Positions 24,522 through 32,047 of a stretch of 32,047 nucleotides of DNA are shown in pieces. The notes beneath the pieces were generated by a model. It was not told the origin of the DNA. It saw nothing but the letters and a program-made list of their open reading frames with translations, and made no database searches. Position 1 is the first letter of the stretch. Each line of letters starts with the position of its first letter. The translations under genes and the position numbers were made by a program. Origin of the DNA: Candidatus Woesearchaeota archaeon (GTDB taxonomy: Archaea > Nanobdellota > Nanobdellia > Woesearchaeales > GW2011-AR4). Where the stretch lies: contig JACPMT010000040.1 in the NCBI GenBank assembly GCA_016185815.1, positions 1-32,047 of the forward strand, read 5' to 3'.

Positions 24522-25594
24522 TTCAACATCCTCACAAACTCATCAAACAAAAAATTAGTATCATTCGGACCAGGCCAGGACTCCGGATGGAATTGCGCCG
24601 ACATAAACGGTTTTGTCTTGTGTTTTATTCCTTCATTTGTTCCATCATTCGCATTGACAAAAAATTCCTCCCAGTTTTCATCCAATGATTTCATATCAAC
24701 TGCATAGCCATGGTTTTGTGTTGTAATAAAGCATCTTTTTGTTCCATTTAAAATACAAGGCTGGTTTTGCGAGCGATGCCCGTACTTCAGCTTGTAAGTG
24801 TCGCCGCCTGCTGCAAGGGCAAGGATTTGATTTCCGAGGCATATCCCGAAAATTGGAATGTTGTGCTTCATTGCCCTGCCTATGTTGTAAATTGTTTTAT
24901 CGCACATCTTTGGGTCGCCGGGACCATTGGAAATGAGCAATCCATCAAAGAAATCCGTGAAAAAATCATAATCATACGGAACTCTTATCACTGTAAGGTT
25001 TCTTTCAATTAAATTCCTTATGATGTTATTTTTGACCCCGCAATCGACAACAACAATTTTTTTTTGATTTGGTCTTTCGTTATAGACTATTGGTTCCCTG
25101 ATAGAAACATCTTTCACTATGTCAATACTGCTGGGGTTATAGAAAGGAACATCATCGTCATTGATTATTATTTTTCCGAGCATTGCGCCTTTTTCCCTTA
25201 AAGTCTTTGTCAGCTTTCTTGTGTCAATGCCATAAATTGCCGGAATGCTTTCTTCCTTTAACCATTCTGCAAGGCTTTTCTTTGCATTCCAATGGGAATA
25301 TTCAAAAGAGTAGTCAGAAATAACTAATGCTTGGACTTGGATTTTGTCGGATTCAAAGTTTTTTAATAAATTGTTTTCAACATCTTTCCCCGGGACACCA
25401 TAGTTTCCAATGAGAGGATATGTCAAAACAAGAATTTGGCCTTTATAGCTTGGGTCTGTAAGCGACTCCGGATAGCCAACCATGCCTGTGTTGAATACAA
25501 CCTCTCCAGAAACAGAATGCTCTGCGCCAAAAGAAAAGCCTTTGAACTCATCGCCATTTTCAAGAATAAGCTTGGCTTCTTTAACGTCACCCAT
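24518..25594 (-). CDS. carA: Carbamoyl-phosphate synthase small (glutaminase) subunit
   Basis: CPSase_sm_chain N-domain (GEVVFNTGMVGYPESLTDPSYKGQILVLTYPLIGNYG). GATase triad region (PIFGICLGNQILALAAGG..HGYAV..QFHPE). Confidence 0.95.
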   Translation of the reverse strand: MGDVKEAKLILENGDEFKGFSFGAEHSVSGEVVFNTGMVGYPESLTDPSYKGQILVLTYPLIGNYGVPGKDVENNLLKNFESDKIQVQALVISDYSFEYSHWNAKKSLAEWLKEESIPAIYGIDTRKLTKTLREKGAMLGKIIINDDDVPFYNPSSIDIVKDVSIREPIVYNERPNQKKIVVVDCGVKNNIIRNLIERNLTVIRVPYDYDFFTDFFDGLLISNGPGDPKMCDKTIYNIGRAMKHNIPIFGICLGNQILALAAGGDTYKLKYGHRSQNQPCILNGTKRCFITTQNHGYAVDMKSLDENWEEFFVNANDGTNEGIKHKTKPFMSAQFHPESWPGPNDTNFLFDEFVRMLK

Positions 25595-25628
25595 TAAAAA
25601 AAGTATATAGTTTGAACTGGTTAATAAA

Positions 25629-25640
25629 GGTTTCGAAACC
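25629..25640. promoter_or_regulatory. 12-bp perfect palindrome GGTTTCGAAACC abutting the carA TATA box; candidate operator
   Basis: Lies just upstream (in the BRE position) of the minus-strand TATA TTTATTAA, which is ~26 nt before carA ATG 25594. Overlaps a second dyad, AAACC..GGTTT. Confidence 0.3.
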
Positions 25641-25698
25641 GAAGGTTTTGGAACTTAGAAAATTCAGAAATTTTCTTTAGTTGCGGTCTTAATTTTTT

Positions 25699-26334
25699 CT
25701 ACGCTGGAATAATCACCATTTCATCAAAAGTTCTGGGCATTTCAACCAAGTAAGTTGCTATTCTCTTTTTCCTTGCATCGCTTATGGCTTCTTTTTTATC
25801 CCCATCGAAAAAATGAACCCAATAATTCGAATGAAGCTCATTTTGAGGCACAAAAGCTGAAGAGTCGCAGACATGCAGGTATTTCTCATGTGCAGTCTTG
25901 TCACTTGTTTTTAGGGCTGCGTCTATCGCACCATGCAATCTTTTGTCACGCGTTCTAGCAGCTTGAACAAGTTTTGTCATGTAATGCCTTCCCCTATGCC
26001 CAGGGTGCACTGCAATCTTATCGTAAATCACGAAATCTTCAGGCTTAAACGCCAAAAGAGTGCCGACATATCTCCCAGCCATTAAATCCTCCATTATTAA
26101 TGCGTATTGGAAACTTTCCCACAAGGGCATGGAAAAATATCTACTGTCCAATTTCATGCCCCTCGCCCTAAAAGAGTCATTAATCAATGTTTCAAGCCTT
26201 TCTTCGATTTCTGGAGTAATATCACCCTTATCTGCTATAACATTTATCCTTGTGGTGTATGGCGGCCAAAGGAGAGCAGAATCCCCAACATGCTCAAAAT
26301 CCGGCGGATGTATCCCATTTACTGAATAAGCCAT
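25699..26334 (-). CDS. GNAT-family acetyltransferase-like protein
   Basis: IAVHPGHRGRHYMTKLVQ resembles GNAT motif A (Q/RxxGxG/A). Start moved to ATG 26334. Ends at TAG. Confidence 0.45.
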   Translation of the reverse strand: MAYSVNGIHPPDFEHVGDSALLWPPYTTRINVIADKGDITPEIEERLETLINDSFRARGMKLDSRYFSMPLWESFQYALIMEDLMAGRYVGTLLAFKPEDFVIYDKIAVHPGHRGRHYMTKLVQAARTRDKRLHGAIDAALKTSDKTAHEKYLHVCDSSAFVPQNELHSNYWVHFFDGDKKEAISDARKKRIATYLVEMPRTFDEMVIIPA

Positions 26335-26575
26335 TTTAGAAATATTAATTCGTCTCCATTTATTTGCCCCATTCCCACAATATCGCTTTATTTTTAAACC
26401 TGACGCCCCATTCAAAACAAAAATAAACAAAAATGTCCAAAACAAAACATTTAAGAAGTTGAGAGTAATCTTGTTTTAAAAAATAAAATTGTTGAATATG
26501 CCTTCTTGTCAAAGGCAAACAATCCAAGAACATTAACTAAATTAAACATTAAAAAATAAATCAGCAAAACGTGAA

Positions 26576-27211
26576 ATGTCAAACATAACAAAATTGACTG
26601 AGAACTACATTTTAGAGCACCCTTCAATAAAGGATTGCTTGAAAAATGATTTAATAAACTATTCATCTTTATCGAGGCAAATAGCCTCTGAATTAGATTT
26701 AAACTTAAATAAAAATTTTGATGCAATACTCATTGCCTGCAGAAGGTTCAAAAGAAAGCTGAAGAAAGAAGAAATTCACGAAAATAAAATTTTGGATATA
26801 TTGAAAGGCAGCAAAATAGAGATAAAAAATAAGATAATAGCTGTTGTTCTGGAAAAAGACATTTTTTTTGGCAATCTTCTGAATTTGGAGAGGGAAATCA
26901 AAAAAAGAAAAGAGATTTTCAGGGTGATTGAAGGCATATCTGCAATTACAATAATAACAGCGGAAAATTTTCTGGATTTAATCAAAAAATACTTCAAAAA
27001 CAAAATAATGCTTGAAAACAAAAATCTCGCTGAAATCACGATAAAAAGCCCGAAGGAAATAGAAGCAACGCCGGGCACGTACGCTTACCTATGCTCTTTG
27101 TTTGGAGAAAATAACATAAACATTGTTGAGACGCTGAGCTGCTATACTGATACAATCTTTCTTGTTAAAGAAGATGATGTTGGGAAAGTAATGGGATTGA
27201 TGAGGTTTTGA
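26576..27211 (+). CDS. Hypothetical protein, possibly with a C-terminal ACT-like ligand-binding domain
   Basis: The C-terminal stretch ..TPGTYAYLCSLFGENNINIVETLSCYTDTIFLVKEDDVGKVMGLM resembles ACT-type domains. Weak call made by eye. Confidence 0.35.
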   Translation: MSNITKLTENYILEHPSIKDCLKNDLINYSSLSRQIASELDLNLNKNFDAILIACRRFKRKLKKEEIHENKILDILKGSKIEIKNKIIAVVLEKDIFFGNLLNLEREIKKRKEIFRVIEGISAITIITAENFLDLIKKYFKNKIMLENKNLAEITIKSPKEIEATPGTYAYLCSLFGENNINIVETLSCYTDTIFLVKEDDVGKVMGLMRF

Positions 27212-27212
27212 T

Positions 27213-27818
27213 TTATCTCACAACCCCTTTCCCTTCCAGATAATGCCCAAGCTTTTCTTTTTTTGTTTTAAGGTACCTTTTGTTGATTTTATTTGGCTTT
27301 ATCACAATCGGAACTCTTTCAGCAATCTCCAAGCCATATTTTTCAAGCCCCTCAATTTTTCTTGGGTTGTTTGTCAGCAGCCTTATTGTTGAAAGCCCGA
27401 GGTCGGCAAGTATTTGCGCCCCTATTGTGTAGTCCCTTGCGTCTGCCTTAAAGCCGAGCTTTACGTTTGCCTGCACAGTATCCATGCCGTGATCCTGCAG
27501 GTGATAGGCTGCAATCTTGTTCATCAAGCCAATGCCCCTGCCTTCCTGAGCCATATACAGAAGCACCCCTCCTTTTTTCCCTATTATCCCAAGTGCCTTT
27601 TCAAGCTGAGGGCCGCAGTCGCATCTTAAGGAGCCAAGAGCATCCCCTGTAAGGCATTCCGAATGAACCCTTACAAAGACCTTTTTTTTGCCCTTAACAT
27701 CGCCCTTGACCAGAGCAAGATGCTGCCCTTTGTTATTGTCTTCATAGCATACAACCTTGAAAATGCCATATTTTGTAGGAAGGTTTGCTTCAACTGTCTT
27801 TCTGACTAGTTTCTTCAT
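27213..27818 (-). CDS. ribA: GTP cyclohydrolase II
   Basis: [24 protein letters not shown] (zinc Cys cluster), [23 protein letters not shown]. Confidence 0.9.
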   Translation of the reverse strand: MKKLVRKTVEANLPTKYGIFKVVCYEDNNKGQHLALVKGDVKGKKKVFVRVHSECLTGDALGSLRCDCGPQLEKALGIIGKKGGVLLYMAQEGRGIGLMNKIAAYHLQDHGMDTVQANVKLGFKADARDYTIGAQILADLGLSTIRLLTNNPRKIEGLEKYGLEIAERVPIVIKPNKINKRYLKTKKEKLGHYLEGKGVVR

Positions 27819-27957
27819 GCAAAAAGTGGTTTCAGGTTGTTATTTAAAATTTTCCCAACTTAAAACACCAACATTTAAACAAACTCACTCATTTTACTCG
27901 TTCGTAGTTTAAATTTTATGCAAAAATTTAAATATTAGAATATCATTACAATGTTTG

Positions 27958-28131
27958 ATGGAAATAAACAAAACAATCCTGATAAGCATTTATGCTCTTG
28001 TCGGGCTGTACATACTTTACAAGCTGTTCTTCAGGAAAAGCCCCTATCAGGATGAATATGAGAAATTATACAATGAAATATTGACCTCTGACAAGTACAA
28101 GGTCAAAGGGCAGTTTGACAAGGAAGAGTAA
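27958..28131 (+). CDS. 57-aa single-TM protein
   Basis: ATG lies exactly 24 nt after TATA TTTAAATA (27927-27934). Sequence MEINKTILISIYALVGLYILYKLFF.. Below the ORF-track cut-off. Confidence 0.4.
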   Translation: MEINKTILISIYALVGLYILYKLFFRKSPYQDEYEKLYNEILTSDKYKVKGQFDKEE

Positions 28132-28133
28132 GA

Positions 28134-28385
28134 CTATTTCCAAATTCTAGAACTAAAAAACAGCCATGCTAGAAATAAGACTAAAGAAAGCATTGCCACA
28201 AACCAAACCATGTTTTTGTCGTTGCCAAAGCCAAATGGTATTGGCCCGATAAAGCCTCCAACAGCGACTTTTGCGCCTGAAGCTCCTTGTTTAGCTCCCA
28301 TAAAAACACCAAAAAAGACTATTATAAACCCTATAACTATGAACAATATTCCAAGAGAGATCAGTTGTTCCACCCTTAGCGACAT
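28134..28385 (-). CDS. Small archaeal membrane protein (DUF131/TIGR00304-like)
   Basis: Two TM helices flank GGFIGPIPFGFGNDK, a pattern I associate with DUF131. Start placed at ATG 28385. Confidence 0.45.
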   Translation of the reverse strand: MSLRVEQLISLGILFIVIGFIIVFFGVFMGAKQGASGAKVAVGGFIGPIPFGFGNDKNMVWFVAMLSLVLFLAWLFFSSRIWK

Positions 28386-28466
28386 AGCACTCTGTATATA
28401 AAGCAAGTACTTAAAATTTCCCTATTTTCTTAACATATATTCTCCAGTATGTATTAAAACCGAAAG

Positions 28467-28531
28467 GTATATAAATGGGTAATATACGAAAAGCTATACT
28501 AGTATATCTATATACAAAAAAGATATACTAG
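28467..28531. promoter_or_regulatory. Cluster of six ATATAC/GTATAT half-sites around a TATA box and predicted TSS; candidate operator array
   Basis: GTATAT 28467-72 and ATATAC 28482-87 flank TATATAAA. There is a 12-bp palindrome TATACTAGTATA at 28495-28506. A 10-bp inverted repeat pairs CTAGTATATC 28499-28508 with GATATACTAG 28522-28531. Confidence 0.4.
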
Positions 28532-28673
28532 GGTTCAAAAAGGAGGCAAAGTGCAGTCTCGAACAGTGAACTCGTTTCACTATGTTCAGCTACCTACACC
28601 GCTTGGAAGGCAAAGAAACAATCGCTTTTTAGCCTTTGAAGAAATGCCTCTTTTTTGAGAACTTGAGGTTGAA

Positions 28674-28934
28674 ATGGAGCCTGAACTTGAAACCTTTAGA
28701 GACAATGTGGATTTGTGGATAAAGCAGATTAGGAGGGAATTCACTGAATTCTCTGAGCTGCCCGGAATTGTAAACGAGAATGCAGACAACATCCAGCACA
28801 ATTATGAGTTAATCTACGAGCTTAAAGACGAGATTGAGGAGCTAAAGCAGGAAATCAACGCATTAAAATTAATCCAGATAATTAGCCTTAAGCAGAAGAT
28901 GAACCAGAAGGCGGAAGAGCAGACTCAAGCTTAG
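28674..28934 (+). CDS. Hypothetical coiled-coil protein (86 aa)
   Basis: Heptad-like acidic sequence (..YELIYELKDEIEELKQEINALKL..). No recognised family. Confidence 0.4.
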   Translation: MEPELETFRDNVDLWIKQIRREFTEFSELPGIVNENADNIQHNYELIYELKDEIEELKQEINALKLIQIISLKQKMNQKAEEQTQA

Positions 28935-29239
28935 TCCAGCTCATTGACTATCTTCTTTAAAACATTGTCAACAGCTACAAATAAATTTCTATCAGTTGTT
29001 TCAGAGGCGTAAACCTTGCCGTCGTCAACTATTTTTGCATGCACCTCGTATTTCTCGCTTTTCTCCCTTTCGTGGACTGGCTTAAGCGTGATATGCAGCG
29101 CATTCAGCTTTTTTGTCAGCTCTGCAATCCTCTTTGCGTAATTGCCAATCACTTTCTTGAGAACAACCATGGAGGAGCTGTCAATGTCCCTAAAGCCCGT
29201 CAACTGTATGTTGCCGCCAAGCGCAATGTCATCACCCAT
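28931..29239 (-). CDS. HPF/RaiA (S30AE)-like ribosome-associated protein
   Basis: NIQLTGFR..(helix)..ALHITLKP..YEVHAKIVDDGKVYASETTDRNLFVAVDNVLKKIVNEL. This follows the beta-alpha-beta-beta-beta-alpha order and conserved spots of bacterial hibernation factors (NIxITG..; ..AE....D.Y.AID....KL..QL). Confidence 0.45.
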   Translation of the reverse strand: MGDDIALGGNIQLTGFRDIDSSSMVVLKKVIGNYAKRIAELTKKLNALHITLKPVHEREKSEKYEVHAKIVDDGKVYASETTDRNLFVAVDNVLKKIVNELD

Positions 29240-29338
29240 GCCGCTTGATTATCCATTCAATTATAAAAAGATTTTGATTTAATTGCATATGCTTTATCGG
29301 CAAAAGAAATATAAACACTGTTTTTTAACTATAAAACT

Positions 29339-30736
29339 ATGGCTTTAATGGAATCATTTTCTGGCATAAGGGGCATTTATGACAAAGATTTGACAGACAG
29401 CATTGCAGTGAGGTATGCTCATGCTTACTACTCTTTTTTAAGGAGTAAGACAGGCAAAAGCAAGCCTGCAGTTGTTATTGGAATGGACACAAGGCAGTCT
29501 GGGGTAAAAATAAGCGATGCGGTAATGGGCATTTTGGACTGCGATTTCATAGATGTCGGGATTGCCCCTACGCCAGCAATTGAATTTGCCGTCAGGCATT
29601 TTAATGCAGACGGCGGCATAATTATAACAGCCTCGCATAACGAGCCGTACTGGAACGGGTTCAAGTTTCTAGGAAGTGATGGCGCTGTTTTGGATGAAAA
29701 GGATATGAATTTGGTCATTAATAATTTCAAAATCAAGTCGCTTCCGAACTTCCACAAAATACAGGACAGGAAAATACTTGAGAAAAACAGCGAGATAATA
29801 AAAAAATATTCGGAATTTCTCCAGGAAATTGTCGGCAAAGAAAATATCATAAGAATAAGAAACTCAAAACAAAAAATTGTCCTTGACCCAAATGGGGGAA
29901 CTGGGGCGATTGCAAAAAAGATTCTTGAGCAAATGGATGCTGAAGTTGTTGGTGTAAACATGGCATATGGCGAATTCAACAGGGCAATTGAGCCCACTGA
30001 GGATTCGCTATTCTATCTGAAAAATATAATCGACGAAAAAAATGCGGACTTTGCAGCAGGGTTTGACTGCGATGCCGACAGAGTTGAGATTCTGTTAAAA
30101 AATGGGCAGTTATTGTCTGGCAATTACATCCTTGCGCTGGTTGTTGATGAAGTGTTGTCAAATTTGGGCAATCCCAAAGGCAAAATTGTTGTCGTAAACG
30201 ACGCAACATCCAATGTTGTCAGGGACATTGTTCAAAAATACGGCGCCAAGCTGAGGGAAGTTGAAGCAGGCGAAGCAAATGTTGTTGAGGAAATGCACAG
30301 TTCAAAGGCAATTGCCGGGGGAGAAGGCTCAAGCGGAGGCGCGATAATCCCGCCTTCAAAATGCAGGGACGGAATTTTAACATTGCTGATGATTTTGTCC
30401 ATTGTTGCCAAAAAGGAAAAAAAATTGGCAGACATAATTGACGAGCTGCCGAAATACTATACCCTAAGGAAGAAATTGGAATTTGACAGCTCAAAGCACA
30501 ACCCAATTAAAAAATCCATAAAAAACCATTATTCAAAAAAGGGCTTTGAAGTCAGGGAAAATGCCGGTATGAAAGGAAGCTTGAAAGTCATAACAGGCAA
30601 AAACTCTTTTATATGGTTCAGGGCGTCAAAAACAGAGGCAAATGTTTTCAGAATTATAAGTGATTCAAATAACGAAAAAGAAGCTCAAAAATTGATGGAA
30701 GAGGCAATTAAAATTTTTAACAAGGCAAATGAATAA
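29339..30736 (+). CDS. Alpha-D-phosphohexomutase (phosphoglucosamine/phosphomannomutase family)
   Basis: Active-site loop ITASHNE, metal loop FDCDADR, sugar loop GGEGSSGG, and a four-domain length of 465 aa. Confidence 0.85.
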   Translation: MALMESFSGIRGIYDKDLTDSIAVRYAHAYYSFLRSKTGKSKPAVVIGMDTRQSGVKISDAVMGILDCDFIDVGIAPTPAIEFAVRHFNADGGIIITASHNEPYWNGFKFLGSDGAVLDEKDMNLVINNFKIKSLPNFHKIQDRKILEKNSEIIKKYSEFLQEIVGKENIIRIRNSKQKIVLDPNGGTGAIAKKILEQMDAEVVGVNMAYGEFNRAIEPTEDSLFYLKNIIDEKNADFAAGFDCDADRVEILLKNGQLLSGNYILALVVDEVLSNLGNPKGKIVVVNDATSNVVRDIVQKYGAKLREVEAGEANVVEEMHSSKAIAGGEGSSGGAIIPPSKCRDGILTLLMILSIVAKKEKKLADIIDELPKYYTLRKKLEFDSSKHNPIKKSIKNHYSKKGFEVRENAGMKGSLKVITGKNSFIWFRASKTEANVFRIISDSNNEKEAQKLMEEAIKIFNKANE

Positions 30737-31523
30737 GGCAAAAAAATTCATTGAAAGGCTGGAATTCGATTTATTGTCGGCATTGTTTAGTTATGCTGTT
30801 CCATTTATTAACAGAAAAATAAGAACAAAAACAGCACAAAAAGAACGGCAAAAAATAGGAAATCTTGAAAATATTGTAAACCAAAAACCAAAAATCAGTT
30901 TTGAAAACTTTAAAGAGCTTGAAACGCTGTTATTAAAAAACTTAAATGAAAACGTCAGGATAAATAAGAGAACTGGAATAGGCAAAAATTATGTTTTCTA
31001 CAATCTTGATATAACAAGAAAGAAAAATCAAAATAAAGCAACTAAATACTCAGTTTCCATAAAATACGAGGAAAACCAGCAGGAAGATAAATTAAAAATA
31101 TCTGTAAGGAAAGATGAAAAAGAGATTTATTCTGCCGAAATAGCCGATAAAAAAGATTTGAAAGACAAGGTTATTCCATACAGCATCAAGATTTCCTATG
31201 AAGACAATTACGCCGAAGAAAGGTTAAGCATAACCTACAGGCAGCAGTTAAAAAACTACATGCAGCAGCACATTGAAAGCAAGGAAGACATGACAAACAG
31301 AGTGCCTTTGAAATGGCTGAATATTCTGCCGGAAACTTTAATGGGCGGAGTTCTTGGCTTTACGTATCTTGGGGAGAATTTCATGGGCAGAAGGGCAGAC
31401 TTGACAGGCAAAACAGCAAGGATGGTGGACATACATGAAAGCATACATACTCCTGACGAGTATGAAACAAGAATTCTGACAAGCTGGATAATGGAAAAGG
31501 TTAGGGGAAAGTATATAAAATAA
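30729..31523 (+). CDS. Hypothetical protein with a C-terminal HExxH (IHESIH) motif
   Basis: 8-nt overlap with the upstream gene. Lys-rich middle section. HESIH followed by an acidic DEYE could be a minimal metallopeptidase site. Confidence 0.4.
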   Translation: MNKAKKFIERLEFDLLSALFSYAVPFINRKIRTKTAQKERQKIGNLENIVNQKPKISFENFKELETLLLKNLNENVRINKRTGIGKNYVFYNLDITRKKNQNKATKYSVSIKYEENQQEDKLKISVRKDEKEIYSAEIADKKDLKDKVIPYSIKISYEDNYAEERLSITYRQQLKNYMQQHIESKEDMTNRVPLKWLNILPETLMGGVLGFTYLGENFMGRRADLTGKTARMVDIHESIHTPDEYETRILTSWIMEKVRGKYIK

Positions 31524-31524
31524 T

Positions 31525-31848
31525 TTATCTAGTTTCAGCTTTGAGGTTGTGCTGGATTGCAACCTTTTCCAGCTCACTTAATTCAAGCATTCTCCAGTCG
31601 CTTACATACGGATCGCTCGTACTGCCATAAGCAAAATTGACTTTGCCGTCCTTTACTCTTGCTGTCGGATAGCAAATTACATCTCCTGGATGACCGAATA
31701 AGCCCCTAGTGACTTGGTAATTCCTTAAGTAAGGGCCCCAACTAACCATTGCAGAAACACGTCCTGTGAAATTGGCTATTTCTTCTGGAGACAATAAACT
31801 GTCTGATACAAAATATAAACTTTTATGCCCGTTTTTTGACATTTTCAT
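31525..31848 (-). CDS. Hypothetical protein (107 aa)
   Basis: Clean ORF with a TATA (minus strand TTTTTAAAT around 31871-31879) about 22 nt upstream. No recognised motif. Confidence 0.45.
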   Translation of the reverse strand: MKMSKNGHKSLYFVSDSLLSPEEIANFTGRVSAMVSWGPYLRNYQVTRGLFGHPGDVICYPTARVKDGKVNFAYGSTSDPYVSDWRMLELSELEKVAIQHNLKAETR

Positions 31849-31917
31849 ATATATTATGATTATATGCCCATTTAAAAACCTTTCTATTTTATTAACTTTA
31901 AAGTAATAACTTTTAGT

Positions 31918-32006
31918 GCGAGGGCGCGCAAGAACCCTCGCTGGTTGAGCGTAGCGAAACCAGCAGTGAATTGCGCATAACTATCTGCCCGAGCAAAGTT
32001 ATTATT
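31918..32006. ncRNA. GC-rich pseudoknotted element E2 (candidate ncRNA or 5'-UTR element)
   Basis: Stem GCGAGGG (31918-24)/CCCUCGC (31935-41). Its loop GCGCAA (31926-31) can pair with UUGCGC (31971-76). Hairpin UGGUU (31942-46)/AACCA (31958-62). It shares UGAGCG..GAAA.CAGCAGUGA with E1. An ATG at 32036 follows on the + strand at the window end. Confidence 0.3.
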
Positions 32007-32047
32007 CTGCAATTCTCAAAAAATAAATTGAGCGCATGATGGTTGCG

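Noticed and set aside
28551-28934. The GTG-initiated 35-codon ORF is in frame with the 86-aa ORF across a single TGA (28656-28658), suggesting read-through or Sec.
   Set aside because: TGA is used as an ordinary stop by several genes here (carA, the CNNM transporter, the RHH gene, 7060-7725). I saw no SECIS-like element, and the upstream part has no recognisable protein features.
31914-32047. On the minus strand a frame stays open from the window end to TAA at ~31914-31916 through the GC-rich element E2 (..GQIVMRNSLLVSLRSTSEGSCAPSH*).
   Set aside because: The composition and codon usage are unlike the AT-rich genes here, and the segment folds into nested helices with a pseudoknot. I cannot exclude that it is the C-terminus of a gene lying beyond the window.

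Overview
AT-rich (roughly 35% GC by eye) archaeal chromosomal fragment, probably from a small-genome DPANN-like archaeon. Supporting signs: Alba, archaeal SRP54, TTTAAATA-type TATA boxes placed 23-25 nt before start codons (leaderless mRNAs), a tRNA with bulge-helix-bulge (BHB) introns, and an intein. Content is mostly housekeeping: thrS, srp54, an intein-containing PHP/endonuclease-Q-like gene, one tRNA, albA, a CNNM/CorC transporter, argS, bacterial-type riboflavin genes (ribB, ribD, ribA), carA plus a fragmented carB, a phosphohexomutase, an HPF/RaiA-like protein, small toxin-antitoxin-type genes and several hypotheticals. The main signal is RNA-level. (1) A 17-nt insert splits the conserved GEAGE|FDYSG motif of carB and folds into a textbook BHB splicing motif whose predicted cuts restore frame and motif exactly. 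(2) A 54-nt in-frame palindromic insert in srp54 has BHB-like geometry, and its removal gives the loop length I recall for bacterial Ffh. (3) The only tRNA gene spans 187 nt and carries two introns, one with a complete BHB in the D-loop. (4) A leaderless 26-codon ORF ending in a Thr/Ser run (9 Thr, 2 Ser) sits between a consensus promoter and thrS, followed by a hairpin and a T-tract, which suggests attenuation. There are also GC-rich structured intergenic elements sharing a hairpin+GGATTGA motif, and a free-standing LAGLIDADG/HTH gene wedged between carA and carB. All calls come from reading the sequence and recalled family motifs; no searches or folding programs were run.
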